A stretch of 17,622 bases of DNA from NCBI GenBank assembly GCA_030642995.1, contig DAOWMR010000015.1, positions 1-17,622 on the forward strand. Reading direction: 5' to 3'. The notes beneath the pieces were generated by a model, which did no database searches, was not told the DNA's origin, and saw only the letters and a program-made list of their open reading frames with translations. This DNA comes from Spirochaetales bacterium. GTDB taxonomy: Bacteria; Spirochaetota; Spirochaetia; DSM-27196; SLST01. How positions within the stretch are numbered: the first letter of the stretch is position 1; each line of letters starts with the position of its first letter. This document shows positions 1-8,655 of this stretch, in pieces. The position numbers and the translations under genes were made by a program.

Positions 1-629
1 CTCGGCCGGGAGCCTGAGTTTGTCTCGTCCCGGGGCGGCGGAGATAGCAACAATCTCAACCGGAAAGGTCTCCGAAACGTTGTATTCGGGCTTGGGATGC
101 ACAACATCCACAGCCCCGACGAGTACCTCATGGAAGAGCAAATCTTCGACGCTGTCGATCTGCTTCGAGAGATCGTCTTTCCCCCCAGCTGAACCCGCGG
201 ATACCCCAGCAGGTCTCCCACAGCCCCCCCCCCGACACCGATCGTCGTGAAGCTTTCGGACAGCTCCGTCCGTCTCTTCAACCCGTTCTGTTTTATGTTC
301 GGGTCCACGAAAGCCCCGGCCGGCGGAAAGTCATACCCGTCGAACGATGGAGACGGCAGGCCGGGTTCCTCAAGGTGAAATGGTCTTTGGTCGGTTCGCC
401 AAACGGAACCGAACGGGTCCCGTGCCCTCCCTTCGTCTATGGGTTCCTGTTTCCGCCTATCAATGCCGCAGCATTTCACGATGTAGGGAACGAGTCCTTC
501 CAGCCACGAATCACTGCCATAGTGCTCGGTGAGCCGCTCTACCACGCCGCCCTCAAATCCGAGCGTATACGGGACGGGATTCGTGGGATGGTGTTGGATT
601 TGCTCCAGGACAATCTTGCGCGGTGTCAT
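1..629 (-). CDS. URO-D (uroporphyrinogen decarboxylase / MtaA-like methyltransferase) family protein; 5' portion only, apparently frameshifted (possible pseudogene or homopolymer sequencing error)
   Basis: Hand translation of the minus strand from ATG 629..627 gives MTPRKIVLEQIQHHPTNPVPYTLGFEGG... The start has an SD (AAGGAG, 6-nt spacer). This N-terminus is typical of URO-D family proteins (MTPxERVLxAL...RVP). The protein-like reading moves to a second frame after the C9 run at 225-233 (..TTIGVGGG / LWETCWGIRGFSWG) and to a third frame after the C6 run at 181-186 (KDDLSKQIDSVEDLLFHEVLVGAVDVVHPKPEYNVSETFPVEIVAISAAPGRDKLRLPAE..). The gene continues past the window start. It is not in the supplied ORF track because no stop lies inside the window. 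Confidence 0.4.
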   Translation of the reverse strand, partial: MTPRKIVLEQIQHHPTNPVPYTLGFEGGVVERLTEHYGSDSWLEGLVPYIVKCCGIDRRKQEPIDEGRARDPFGSVWRTDQRPFHLEEPGLPSPSFDGYDFPPAGAFVDPNIKQNGLKRRTELSESFTTIGVGGGAVGDLLGYPRVQLGGKTISRSRSTASKICSSMRYSSGLWMLCIPSPNTTFRRPFRLRLLLSPPPRDETNSGSRP

Positions 630-781
630 GGGTTTCTCCTTGTTGGACGTCCGGGATGACGATACAGAGAGCTTCTTCTTTGCGATTGTATTTCATACTA
701 TTCAATCAATGAATGCAAATTCTGGAGCTGTGGAGCTGAAAACTGACTGATATCAACGAGCGAGATCCAAAACCAGGGGTT

Positions 782-1702
782 GTGAAGAAATGGGTGGTTG
801 CCACCCGTCCATTTGCCCTGCCGGCTTCCACCATGCCGGTGATTTTCGGATTTGTACTGGCCGTTACCATCGGATCAGCAGCCCCCAACTGGGTTCTGTT
901 CTTGATCAGTTTGCCGGCTATGGCGATTCTGCATACCGGCGCCAATCTGCTGAATGATGCCTATGATTACCAAAAAGGAATCGATCGCCGTGTAAACCCC
1001 GTCAGCGGCGGCGTGGTCCGAAAGTGGATAACACCCCGCGAAGCCAAGGTAGCCGGATTCGCCTTTCTCCTGATCGGATTGTTGATGGGGTTGTACATAG
1101 TTTCGGTAGTAGGGATGGCAATCTTCTGGATTGGATTGATTGGTGTGTCTATTGGAATCCTGTATAGCTGGGGGCCGCTGCCGCTGAAATTCAATGCCCT
1201 TGGCGATCTGGCGGTATTCCTCAATTTCGGCGTTCTTGGAGCACTGGGGTCCTGGACGGTTCAGACCGGCTCAGTTTCCTGGGTACCTGCAATCTGGGCG
1301 ATGCCGATGTCGCTGCTGGTGGTGGCGATCCTGCATGCCAACAACTGGCGTGATATTGCGGATGACAGTGCATCCGGAATACGAACCATGGCCAATTTGC
1401 TGGGCGATCCGATTTCGGCACACTACTATTCGGTGCTGCTATTCGGCCCCTTCGCACTCATCATCCTACTGATCATCACCACACGGCTGGTCGATCTCGG
1501 ACCGGAGATGCCCTGGTCGTTTCTGGTAACGCTGCTTGCCGTCCCCGCTGCAATGAAACTCAACCGCAAGGGTCGCCGGAGACATACTTCCGAACAGCCG
1601 CTGGATTTCCTGGCCCTGGATGGAGCTACTGCACAATTCAATCTCCAGTTTGGATTGCTCGGCATTGCGGCCCTGATTATCGATGGTTATTTGCCGTTCT
1701 GA
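782..1702 (+). CDS. menA: 1,4-dihydroxy-2-naphthoate polyprenyltransferase (UbiA superfamily, MenA-like)
   Basis: 306-aa polytopic membrane protein. It has the first Asp-rich motif NDAYDYQKGID and a C-terminal motif HANNWRDIADDSASGIRTMANLLG that matches the MenA NxxNLRDIxxDxxxGKxTL(V)xxLG region. A GTG start at 782 was chosen by the ORF track. The SD spacing is short, so the exact start is uncertain. Confidence 0.75.
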   Translation: MKKWVVATRPFALPASTMPVIFGFVLAVTIGSAAPNWVLFLISLPAMAILHTGANLLNDAYDYQKGIDRRVNPVSGGVVRKWITPREAKVAGFAFLLIGLLMGLYIVSVVGMAIFWIGLIGVSIGILYSWGPLPLKFNALGDLAVFLNFGVLGALGSWTVQTGSVSWVPAIWAMPMSLLVVAILHANNWRDIADDSASGIRTMANLLGDPISAHYYSVLLFGPFALIILLIITTRLVDLGPEMPWSFLVTLLAVPAAMKLNRKGRRRHTSEQPLDFLALDGATAQFNLQFGLLGIAALIIDGYLPF

Positions 1703-1730
1703 GTTTCGTAACTGCGGGTGGTTCGATACA

Positions 1731-3407
1731 ATGCGACCAATGAAACCCAAATTCGCGCGTGTCAGGAATCCCGCCCGAAGCTCGGTCTTCCCCGGAGGCA
1801 GTGAGATCCTCCGCAATCCTCAGCTCAACAAGGGCACTGCCTTCACTGATATGGAGAGAGACGCGCTCGGGATTCGAGGGCTCGTGCCGCCCAGAGTTCA
1901 CACTATCGAGGAGCAGTGCCGACGTTCTCTGGAGAACTTTGCCCGGAAGCCCGACGATCTGGAGCGCTACATCTACATGACGGCTCTCCAGGATCGGAAT
2001 GAAACCCTGTTCTACAAGCTGGTGGCGGATAATCTCGAAGAAATGCTGCCGATCATCTACACCCCAACGGTCGGACAGGCATGCATGGAGTACGGTCATA
2101 TACTCCGGCGCTCGCGGGGCCTTTTCATCTCTGCCCGGGATCGGGGCCGCATTGCCGAGGTGCTGGCAAACTGGCCGCACTCGAACATCCGGATTGTCGT
2201 AGTCACCGACGGAGAGCGGATTCTTGGTCTCGGAGACCTGGGTGCAAATGGTATGGGTATCCCTGTCGGCAAGGCCTCTCTCTACACGGCCTGCGGCGGA
2301 CTGGACCCCTCGGCTTGCCTTCCGGTTACGCTGGACGTTGGAACCGAGAACGAGATATTGCTCGAAGATGAGCTCTACCTCGGAATCCGCCGGCATCGCG
2401 TACGTGGAGATGCCTACCTGGAACTCTTTGAGGAATTCGTTGACGCGATACGAGAGATCTTCCCGCATGCAGTGCTCCAGTGCGAGGACTTCGCGACGGA
2501 AAACGCCTTTGGCCTTTTGGAACGTTACCGGGACCGCCTCTGCCTGTTCAACGACGACATCCAGGGGACGGCGGCTGTTGTTCTTGCCGGACTCTACTCG
2601 GCCGTGCGCATCACCGGGGGGGCTTTCAAAGACCAGCGCATTCTCTTTCTCGGAGCGGGGGAAGCCGGGATTGGTGCCGGAGAGCTCATCGCCTCAGCCC
2701 TGCTTGACGAGGAGCTGTCCGAAGACGCCGCCCGCGAGCGGTGTTGGTTTGTGGATTCCAAAGGGTTGATCGTCCGGTCGCGGTCCAACCTCCCGGAGCG
2801 CAAACGGCGGTTTGCTCACGACTACCGGGAAATCTCTGATTTCCCGACCGCGGTCGCAGCCCTTAAACCGACGGCGATCATCGGTGCATCCGGGCAGCCC
2901 GGGATGTTCTCTCAGTCGGTCCTGGAGACGATGGCGGAAATCAACGCGAGACCGATCATTTTCGCGTTGTCCAATCCTACCTCCAAGTCCGAATGCACGG
3001 CCGAGGAGGCCTATAGACACACCGGGGGTACGGCCGTATTCGCTTCCGGAAGTCCCTTTGAGCCGGTCCGTATCGGGGAGAACACGTACGTCACCGGACA
3101 GGGCAACAACGTGTATGTCTTTCCCGGAGTCGGTCTTGGAGCGGTCACCGCATCGGCGCGCCATATAACCGACAGCATGTTCCTGGCCGCCGCACGAGCC
3201 GTGGCTTCGCAGGTGTCGGATGCCGAGCTGGAGACCGGGCAGATATTCCCTTCACTGCCGCGGATCCACGAGGTGTCCCTCTCGGTCGCAGTGGCAACGG
3301 CTGAGATTGCGTACCGGGATGGGCTGACCGCAGAGGAGCGGCCGGACGATCTGGAGAGGCAGATTCGAGAGTCGATGTACCGCCCGGAATACCGGGCCTA
3401 CGCGTAA
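1731..3407 (+). CDS. maeA: NAD-dependent malic enzyme (malate dehydrogenase, oxaloacetate-decarboxylating)
   Basis: 558 aa. Malic-enzyme signatures are present: PQLNKGTAFT, IYTPTVGQAC, VVTDGERILGLGDLG, GIPVGKASLYTACGG, FNDDIQGTAAV, and a C-terminal PEYRAYA (compare E. coli SfcA AEYRDY). Start ATG 1731 (MRPMKPKF) is preferred over the track ATG 1683, which overlaps the menA end. Confidence 0.9.
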   Translation: MRPMKPKFARVRNPARSSVFPGGSEILRNPQLNKGTAFTDMERDALGIRGLVPPRVHTIEEQCRRSLENFARKPDDLERYIYMTALQDRNETLFYKLVADNLEEMLPIIYTPTVGQACMEYGHILRRSRGLFISARDRGRIAEVLANWPHSNIRIVVVTDGERILGLGDLGANGMGIPVGKASLYTACGGLDPSACLPVTLDVGTENEILLEDELYLGIRRHRVRGDAYLELFEEFVDAIREIFPHAVLQCEDFATENAFGLLERYRDRLCLFNDDIQGTAAVVLAGLYSAVRITGGAFKDQRILFLGAGEAGIGAGELIASALLDEELSEDAARERCWFVDSKGLIVRSRSNLPERKRRFAHDYREISDFPTAVAALKPTAIIGASGQPGMFSQSVLETMAEINARPIIFALSNPTSKSECTAEEAYRHTGGTAVFASGSPFEPVRIGENTYVTGQGNNVYVFPGVGLGAVTASARHITDSMFLAAARAVASQVSDAELETGQIFPSLPRIHEVSLSVAVATAEIAYRDGLTAEERPDDLERQIRESMYRPEYRAYA

Positions 3408-3442
3408 GCTCGCCGAGCCTCCGTGGCAGTGTAACTCTCACA

Positions 3443-4318
3443 TTAACCGCAGATACCCAGGAGAATTTCTCGGATCGGCCCGATATCATCATCATCCGAC
3501 GGGGAACCGAGTATGTGATCTTCGGAGAAGACTATCGAATCACGCAATTCGTCCTGAGCCTTCAGGGTCATCCTGTCATACATGAAGTGAACCTTGTTCG
3601 CCAGAGCCGTTTTGTCTCTGTTGCATTCTTCCCAGTTTGTCAGGATATTCGCATCGAAGTACGCCAGAGAATCAGCGTCGGTCACGACATCTGCCAGGTC
3701 GTTAAGGTTCAACGGCTGCTCAATTTCCGACTGCTTGAGCTGATTCATTCCGTCCTGCTTTTCTCCACCCAGTTCATGCCTGAGAATCAAATAGCGAAGG
3801 TCGTTCGCAAACCCGACGGGGAAATAGCAGCCGTTTCGGGATGCCTGATCAAGAAGTTCCTGCGCTCTTAACGACGAGTTGCGTGCATGTTCTTTCTTGT
3901 GCTCCCGGTAAGTTTCAGGATCGTGCCGTGCTTCCACTTCCCCCATTGTCATCTTGTGCGGGAAAGAGCGGTCTGAATCGTGGAGATGACCAGCGGTTCG
4001 GACGAGTTCAATCGCATACCCGCTAATCCTGAGTTTCATTCCGAGCCTCACGGCAGTTGCTGCGGTGATTTCGGCATGGAGGTAGTCTATGGTGCCGGTT
4101 GTGGGATTGGATATCCTGCTCTGAAGGTATTCGGCGGAAAGGAACTGCGCCCTGTGCAGGCGGATGATTTCGCGGACAGTGTCAGGGTGTATTGCGTCAA
4201 CTCTCACTTCTGGAATTGTGAACCCGATCAATTCCTCATATTTGCCGGCGAGGAAACTGAAGGTTGCGTCCGAAAGATGAAAGGCCTTGTTCTGAAGCGC
4301 TTTGAGTATTTCGTCCAA
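3443..4318 (-). CDS. hypothetical protein with HD-domain-like metal-binding motifs (putative phosphohydrolase)
   Basis: 291 aa, soluble, last gene of the minus-strand operon. Motifs are spaced as in the HD superfamily: DYLHAE, ~35 aa, GHLHDSDR, then RHD, HKKEH and a distal DADSLAYFD. It has a TTG start with a GGGAGA SD. The family call is tentative. Confidence 0.4.
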   Translation of the reverse strand: MDEILKALQNKAFHLSDATFSFLAGKYEELIGFTIPEVRVDAIHPDTVREIIRLHRAQFLSAEYLQSRISNPTTGTIDYLHAEITAATAVRLGMKLRISGYAIELVRTAGHLHDSDRSFPHKMTMGEVEARHDPETYREHKKEHARNSSLRAQELLDQASRNGCYFPVGFANDLRYLILRHELGGEKQDGMNQLKQSEIEQPLNLNDLADVVTDADSLAYFDANILTNWEECNRDKTALANKVHFMYDRMTLKAQDELRDSIVFSEDHILGSPSDDDDIGPIREILLGICG

Positions 4319-4370
4319 GCTATCTCCCGGTATGTATTCGCGAGACTACTCTCCCTGCATGTCTGCGACT

Positions 4371-4580
4371 CTACCTCACCAGCAGCCAGATCCCGACGCC
4401 GATCGCCGCGGCGCCGAAGATGTAGAAGAATATCGCAGTCCCTGTTTCACCGAGCACCTTGATGAATGCCTGAATCTTGCCCATGTTCCATATGCTCTGT
4501 GGCTTCTTGGTGAAGGTCAGAAAGAAAACGAACACGCCGTATAGAACCAGAAATATCCCCAGCAATGCCAAACCGTTCAT
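4371..4580 (-). CDS. small membrane protein (69 aa, two predicted TM helices)
   Basis: ORF MNGLALLGIFLVLYGVFVFF...AIFFYIFGAAAIGVGIWLLVR has two hydrophobic helices. It has a good SD (GAGGAG, 7-nt spacer). It sits between the ABC permease and the HD-like gene in the same orientation. Confidence 0.55.
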   Translation of the reverse strand: MNGLALLGIFLVLYGVFVFFLTFTKKPQSIWNMGKIQAFIKVLGETGTAIFFYIFGAAAIGVGIWLLVR

Positions 4581-4604
4581 ATGTCCACTCCTCTTCTCTG
4601 TTGA

Positions 4605-5609
4605 TTATTGTAGACCGTTCCTGATTCTCTTGTTCAGGAACAGAAAAACCAGCGCGGTAATTGCCAGAACGAAACCGCTGTTCCTGAGGATCAATCCCCA
4701 GGTCGCCTCGTTGAGAATGATAGCATCCAGTGCTTTGTAGGCCCAGTAGAAGGGCGACCAGTAGAGCGCGATTTGCCAGCTGTCCGAGAGGAAGATGGCG
4801 CCGAACACCGAGCCGAAAACGGGGATAAACACGATCTTCATACTTGCCACGGCCTCAATGGGTTCGGTGTTAACCACGCCGATGCTGAATCCGATGATGA
4901 TTCCGATAAATGCAACGCTGATGAAGGATAGGGCAACCATGCCGTAGTTGATGTGTTCGAATCCCAGTATCCAGACAATGCCGAAGGCTCCGACAATCGG
5001 CACCAAAAAGGCAATTACGCTCTTTCCTATGATGAACTCTGTCTTCGAGATGGGAGCGACATTGATTGCCGATAGCGTGTTGCTCATCTTCTCTTCAACA
5101 AGGTTCAGGGTGATCAGCATCCCGCCGAAAACCGCACAGAAGATGATGAGGAAATTTGCTCCGTGCTGTTTGAGCGGCGAGAGTTTCCAGCCGATGTCCG
5201 ATATCCGCACCTCAACGGGGAGAACGACACCCTCATTTTCCAGGGCGTTCACCACCGACTGCAGCATTTGGAGGCCACCAGTTGTCTCATTACCCTGCTG
5301 GATGATGGTGTAACCGTCCTGTGTATTGACCAGTCCGAAGAAATCGTCGGTCTTCCGCACGCGGGCGTTGATACGTTCGATGTCCTCCAGCACCTCTACC
5401 TTGCCGTACCCCTCCAGGTACTCAATCACGATGAGATCAACCGAAGGATCAACCGCAATATTGATCGTCGTCGAACCGGCTCCCGGGATAATGACCTTGA
5501 GGAGGAGGAGGGCAAGCAGGAACGGTGCAATGCTGATATACAGGATGAGAAAATCTCGGGTACCGCTCTTCAGGTCTCTGCGGGTTACCGCCAAGATTCT
5601 TTTCAACAT
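4605..5609 (-). CDS. ABC-2 family transporter permease (second permease)
   Basis: About 6 TM helices with a large first extracytoplasmic loop, typical of ABC-2 permeases. Start moved to ATG 5609 ([13 protein letters not shown]) with a GAGGAGAG SD. The track start at 5654 would overlap the upstream permease by 31 nt. Confidence 0.75.
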   Translation of the reverse strand: MLKRILAVTRRDLKSGTRDFLILYISIAPFLLALLLLKVIIPGAGSTTINIAVDPSVDLIVIEYLEGYGKVEVLEDIERINARVRKTDDFFGLVNTQDGYTIIQQGNETTGGLQMLQSVVNALENEGVVLPVEVRISDIGWKLSPLKQHGANFLIIFCAVFGGMLITLNLVEEKMSNTLSAINVAPISKTEFIIGKSVIAFLVPIVGAFGIVWILGFEHINYGMVALSFISVAFIGIIIGFSIGVVNTEPIEAVASMKIVFIPVFGSVFGAIFLSDSWQIALYWSPFYWAYKALDAIILNEATWGLILRNSGFVLAITALVFLFLNKRIRNGLQ

Positions 5610-5623
5610 ATGGTTACTCTCCT

Positions 5624-6658
5624 CTATACCGTCAGAGTTTTCTTGAAGCGCCAATTTGACAGCAGAAAGAAAACAACTCCGGCCAGCGTGAAGCCGAGGA
5701 CGTTCGCGTAGATGTACCCTAGGTTGCCGGCCTCATACAGGGTCTCCCTGAATGCAAAGAGCATGGGATAGGAAGGCAGGATCCTGATGATCAGCGGAGA
5801 GAATGCGGGGTTGTAGTAGGACACCGCGGCGAAGGCGAGGACGATGATGCTCATGTACAGCCATCCCATCGCTTTTGTCATGGTGTTGAAGAAACTGGCG
5901 ATGAACAGCCCGAGCGCCGATCCAAAGACGTTCGTAGCGATCAACAGCAGAATGAGGTGCAGGTAGTGGGCCTTGAGTCCTGCGATAAACGCCGCTGCGA
6001 TCAACCCCGACAACAGCCCCGTTACCAGTATGACCCCCACCTTGCCCAGCAGGTAGTGCCAGACTTTGGCAGGAGTGACCGCGAATGCTCGTATCGTGCC
6101 TTCTTCCTTGTCCAGAAAGATGTATGAAGCGATGATAAACAGCCCCATGAACGCAGCGTTCAGCGCCAGGAAAACCGGAAGCATGTTCAGGCGGTCGGAC
6201 AGTTTTTCGACGTTGCCTTCGAGAGTCGTGACGGTTGTCACGTTCTCGTATCCCGGCATTTCTGCCGCGAACCCGGACTCAATCGAGGTTTTGATGATGT
6301 TCCGGAATTTCTCGTCCTCGTACCCCTGCAGGATGTAGTCATAGACGATTCTGCCGTCTTCCAGACCAACGGCCAGACCAACACTGCCGCGGTCATTCGC
6401 GAGTTCGGTTTCCACTTCCTCTCTGGAGGGCAGAAGAATGATGTCGTATCCCTCCTGGGTGAGAGATTCTTCGGCGGCGGCCTGATAGGGTCCTTCCAGA
6501 TCAAGATGCGCGTACACGGTCACCTTTGGCTCGAAATACTCAGGAACGGCAAGAAGCATGACCGCGACGAAAACAAGCGCAAAACCGATCTCGATGTAGA
6601 TATAGAATCCCTTCAGCGATAACTGCATGTCCTTAAGAAAACTGTAGAGCAGTTTCAT
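5624..6658 (-). CDS. ABC-2 family transporter permease (first permease)
   Basis: 344-aa polytopic membrane protein. It has an N-terminal TM helix, a ~150-aa extracytoplasmic loop and then 5 TM helices. Its start abuts the stop of the ABC ATPase gene (6660). Confidence 0.75.
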   Translation of the reverse strand: MKLLYSFLKDMQLSLKGFYIYIEIGFALVFVAVMLLAVPEYFEPKVTVYAHLDLEGPYQAAAEESLTQEGYDIILLPSREEVETELANDRGSVGLAVGLEDGRIVYDYILQGYEDEKFRNIIKTSIESGFAAEMPGYENVTTVTTLEGNVEKLSDRLNMLPVFLALNAAFMGLFIIASYIFLDKEEGTIRAFAVTPAKVWHYLLGKVGVILVTGLLSGLIAAAFIAGLKAHYLHLILLLIATNVFGSALGLFIASFFNTMTKAMGWLYMSIIVLAFAAVSYYNPAFSPLIIRILPSYPMLFAFRETLYEAGNLGYIYANVLGFTLAGVVFFLLSNWRFKKTLTV

Positions 6659-6659
6659 C

Positions 6660-7514
6660 TTACTGAAGCCCCTTGCCGGTCACCTTGATGAAGATCTCTT
6701 CCAGGGTCGCTTCTTTGGTGTGCATCATCTCCACCTTGCCGGAGTTGACGATGTCATTCAGGTGGTGCATGTCCTTTTCGTCGATGAATGACAGGCGCTC
6801 TTTCTTCACGTCGCCGTTGTCCCGGTATTCCACTTCCACGAGTTGTTCCCCGTGCTGGAGCTTGAGGTTTCTCGGGGAATCGATGAGCTTGATCTCGCCG
6901 TCGATGATGAATGCGACGCGGTCGCAGAGTTCATCGGCGACAAACATGTTGTGGGTAGTGAGGAACACCGTCGTTCCCTTTTCCTTCTCACCCTTCACGA
7001 TCTCCTTGATGACGCTTGCAATTGCCGGGTCCAGGCCGGTGGTCGGCTCGTCAAGGAACCACATTTCGGGACTGTTGAGCATGCTTCGTGCAAAAGTAAG
7101 CCGGTGCTTCATGCCCTTGGAGTATTCTCCTGCCCGCTGTGTTGCGACGTGGTCCAGACCAACAAGCTCGAGCAACTCCTTCGGGTCTCGGGTGGGCACG
7201 TCAAAGAGCCTCCGGTAGAACTCGAGGTTCTCCAGCCCCGTGAGCTTGCCGTACACGTTGGACTGTTCGAAGGAGACACCGATCTTGTTGAACATGGCCC
7301 GGGGTGCCTTCTTCACATCGTAGCCTGCGACGGTGACGTTTCCCTTCTGCAGTGGAAGAAGGCCGGTCATGACACCCTGGGTTGTGGATTTGCCGGCGCC
7401 CGAAGGCCCGAGGAATCCGAAAACCTCACCCTTGGCAATTTCGAAACTTGCGTCCCGTACTGCGTATTTCTCATTATGAGAATAGGAATGATACAGCCCT
7501 TCAACCCTGATCAT
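6660..7514 (-). CDS. ABC transporter ATP-binding protein (ABC-2/DrrA-like)
   Basis: Walker A GPSGAGKST, signature/Walker B YSKGMKHRLTFARSML..FLDEPTTGLD, H-loop TTH. Start ATG 7514 (MIRVEGLYHSY) with an AAGGAG SD. The track GTG at 7535 contains that SD and is therefore unlikely. The start overlaps the SPFH gene end by about 14 nt. Confidence 0.9.
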   Translation of the reverse strand: MIRVEGLYHSYSHNEKYAVRDASFEIAKGEVFGFLGPSGAGKSTTQGVMTGLLPLQKGNVTVAGYDVKKAPRAMFNKIGVSFEQSNVYGKLTGLENLEFYRRLFDVPTRDPKELLELVGLDHVATQRAGEYSKGMKHRLTFARSMLNSPEMWFLDEPTTGLDPAIASVIKEIVKGEKEKGTTVFLTTHNMFVADELCDRVAFIIDGEIKLIDSPRNLKLQHGEQLVEVEYRDNGDVKKERLSFIDEKDMHHLNDIVNSGKVEMMHTKEATLEEIFIKVTGKGLQ

Positions 7515-8655
7515 CGTTCTGCGACTCCTTTTCACTTGATTCTTCGTCTGCCGGATTCCCGGCCCCCGGCTCTTGTAGCACCTGCTTTCCGTATGCGCTC
7601 GCTCCGAGCACCGTTCCGATGTTCATCGATTCCAGAGCGGAAGCGGGCACCAGCACCAACCCGCCCTTGTCCCGCATGCTTTCGTATATCATGTTCATGG
7701 CCCGCAGTTGCAGCGCCACCGGATCATCCCGATATTGCTCCGCAGCCTTCTTGAACGCTCCGGCAATCTCCACCTCGGCCGAACCGAGAATGATGCGAGA
7801 GCCCCGCTCCCGTTCGGCCTGTGCCTGACGGCTGAGAGCGTCCTCGAGCTCCGAGGGAATCAGGATCTCCTTGAACTCGACGGAGATGATGGTGATTCCC
7901 CATGGGTTGGTCTTGGCATCGACGATCTGCTGGATCTCGCCGCCGAGCCTTTCTCGTTCGCTGAGCAGCGTGGTCAGATCATTTGAACCAATGCTTGCCC
8001 TGAGGGCAGTTTGTGCGCTGAGCGACACCGCCTCCTCGAAGTTCTCCACTTCGAGCACGGCTTTTTGCGCGTCCCAGACCATCCAGAAAGCCAGCGCGTC
8101 TACATTCACCGGGACGGTGTCCCGCGTGAGGCTCTTCTCCGCCGAAAAGTCTGTCACCCGGATTCTCGTATCCACATAGCTGGCGGCCGAATCGATGAGC
8201 GGAAACAGGAGCAGCGCGCCGGGGCCCCGCACCTTGTGGAACTTGCCCAGCCGCAACACGATGATTTTGTCCCACTGGCTGATTACCTCCACGCCCGGCG
8301 CGATGAGAAAGCCGATTGTCAGCACGGCTGCCGCATACTGCAGATCGGTGCCGAACACTACGGGCAGCACCGCCCAGATACCGGCGATGATGGCGATAAC
8401 CATCGGCCAGTACGGCAGGATAAACAATACGGCGGCGGCTGCGATGACTCCGGCGGCCAGGTACGACGTCGTCTCGGGGTCCGGGAGCGAGGTTATCAGT
8501 GCCTGAACTCCAAGACCGAGGGCGATGAAAACCAGGATGACCAACGCCGATATGGTGTTGAATCTGAAATGCCCCCGTTGGCGTCCGTTTGGATGAGTTT
8601 TCCTCTGTGCCGTAAACAGGTTCGAGTGAGACCCAATTGCCTTTGTCATGTTCAT
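7501..8655 (-). CDS. SPFH/band-7 (stomatin/prohibitin-like) domain protein with a ~130-aa polytopic N-terminal extension and an acidic C-terminal tail
   Basis: The core IIVLRLGKFHKVRGPGALLLFPLIDS...TRDTVPVNVDALAFW...ERERLGGEIQQIVDAKTNPWGITIISVEFKEI is a classic SPFH domain. The N-terminus has 3-4 hydrophobic helices. The C-terminus is PADEESSEKESQNDDQG. The start ATG overlaps the GntR stop (ATGA at 8652-8655). Confidence 0.8.
   Translation of the reverse strand: MNMTKAIGSHSNLFTAQRKTHPNGRQRGHFRFNTISALVILVFIALGLGVQALITSLPDPETTSYLAAGVIAAAAVLFILPYWPMVIAIIAGIWAVLPVVFGTDLQYAAAVLTIGFLIAPGVEVISQWDKIIVLRLGKFHKVRGPGALLLFPLIDSAASYVDTRIRVTDFSAEKSLTRDTVPVNVDALAFWMVWDAQKAVLEVENFEEAVSLSAQTALRASIGSNDLTTLLSERERLGGEIQQIVDAKTNPWGITIISVEFKEILIPSELEDALSRQAQAERERGSRIILGSAEVEIAGAFKKAAEQYRDDPVALQLRAMNMIYESMRDKGGLVLVPASALESMNIGTVLGASAYGKQVLQEPGAGNPADEESSEKESQNDDQG

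Noticed and set aside
20-659. Plus-strand ORFs at the window start (20..250, 347..532, 375..659)
   Set aside because: The minus strand carries an SD-preceded ATG at 629 and a URO-D-like N-terminus. The plus-strand products are low-complexity and have no start signals.
3408-3442. Possible terminator between convergent maeA and the HD-like gene
   Set aside because: Only 3-4 bp self-complementary fragments (CTCGcCGAG, GCCtccgtGGC) and no U-tract. It is not convincing.
4616-4640. Perfect 8-bp inverted repeat GTTCCTGA-N8-TCAGGAAC that looks like a terminator hairpin
   Set aside because: It lies inside the 3' end of the ABC-2 permease coding sequence (stop at 4605-4607), has no T-tract and sits in the middle of a translationally coupled operon. 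It is probably incidental.
7515-7535. Track start GTG 7535 for the ABC ATPase (35-nt overlap with the SPFH gene) and ATG 5654 for permease 2 (31-nt overlap)
   Set aside because: The downstream in-frame ATGs (7514 and 5609) are each preceded by AAGGAG/GAGGAG at proper spacing. They give family-typical N-termini (MIRVEGL.., MLKRIL..). The longer versions contain the SD within their own coding sequence.
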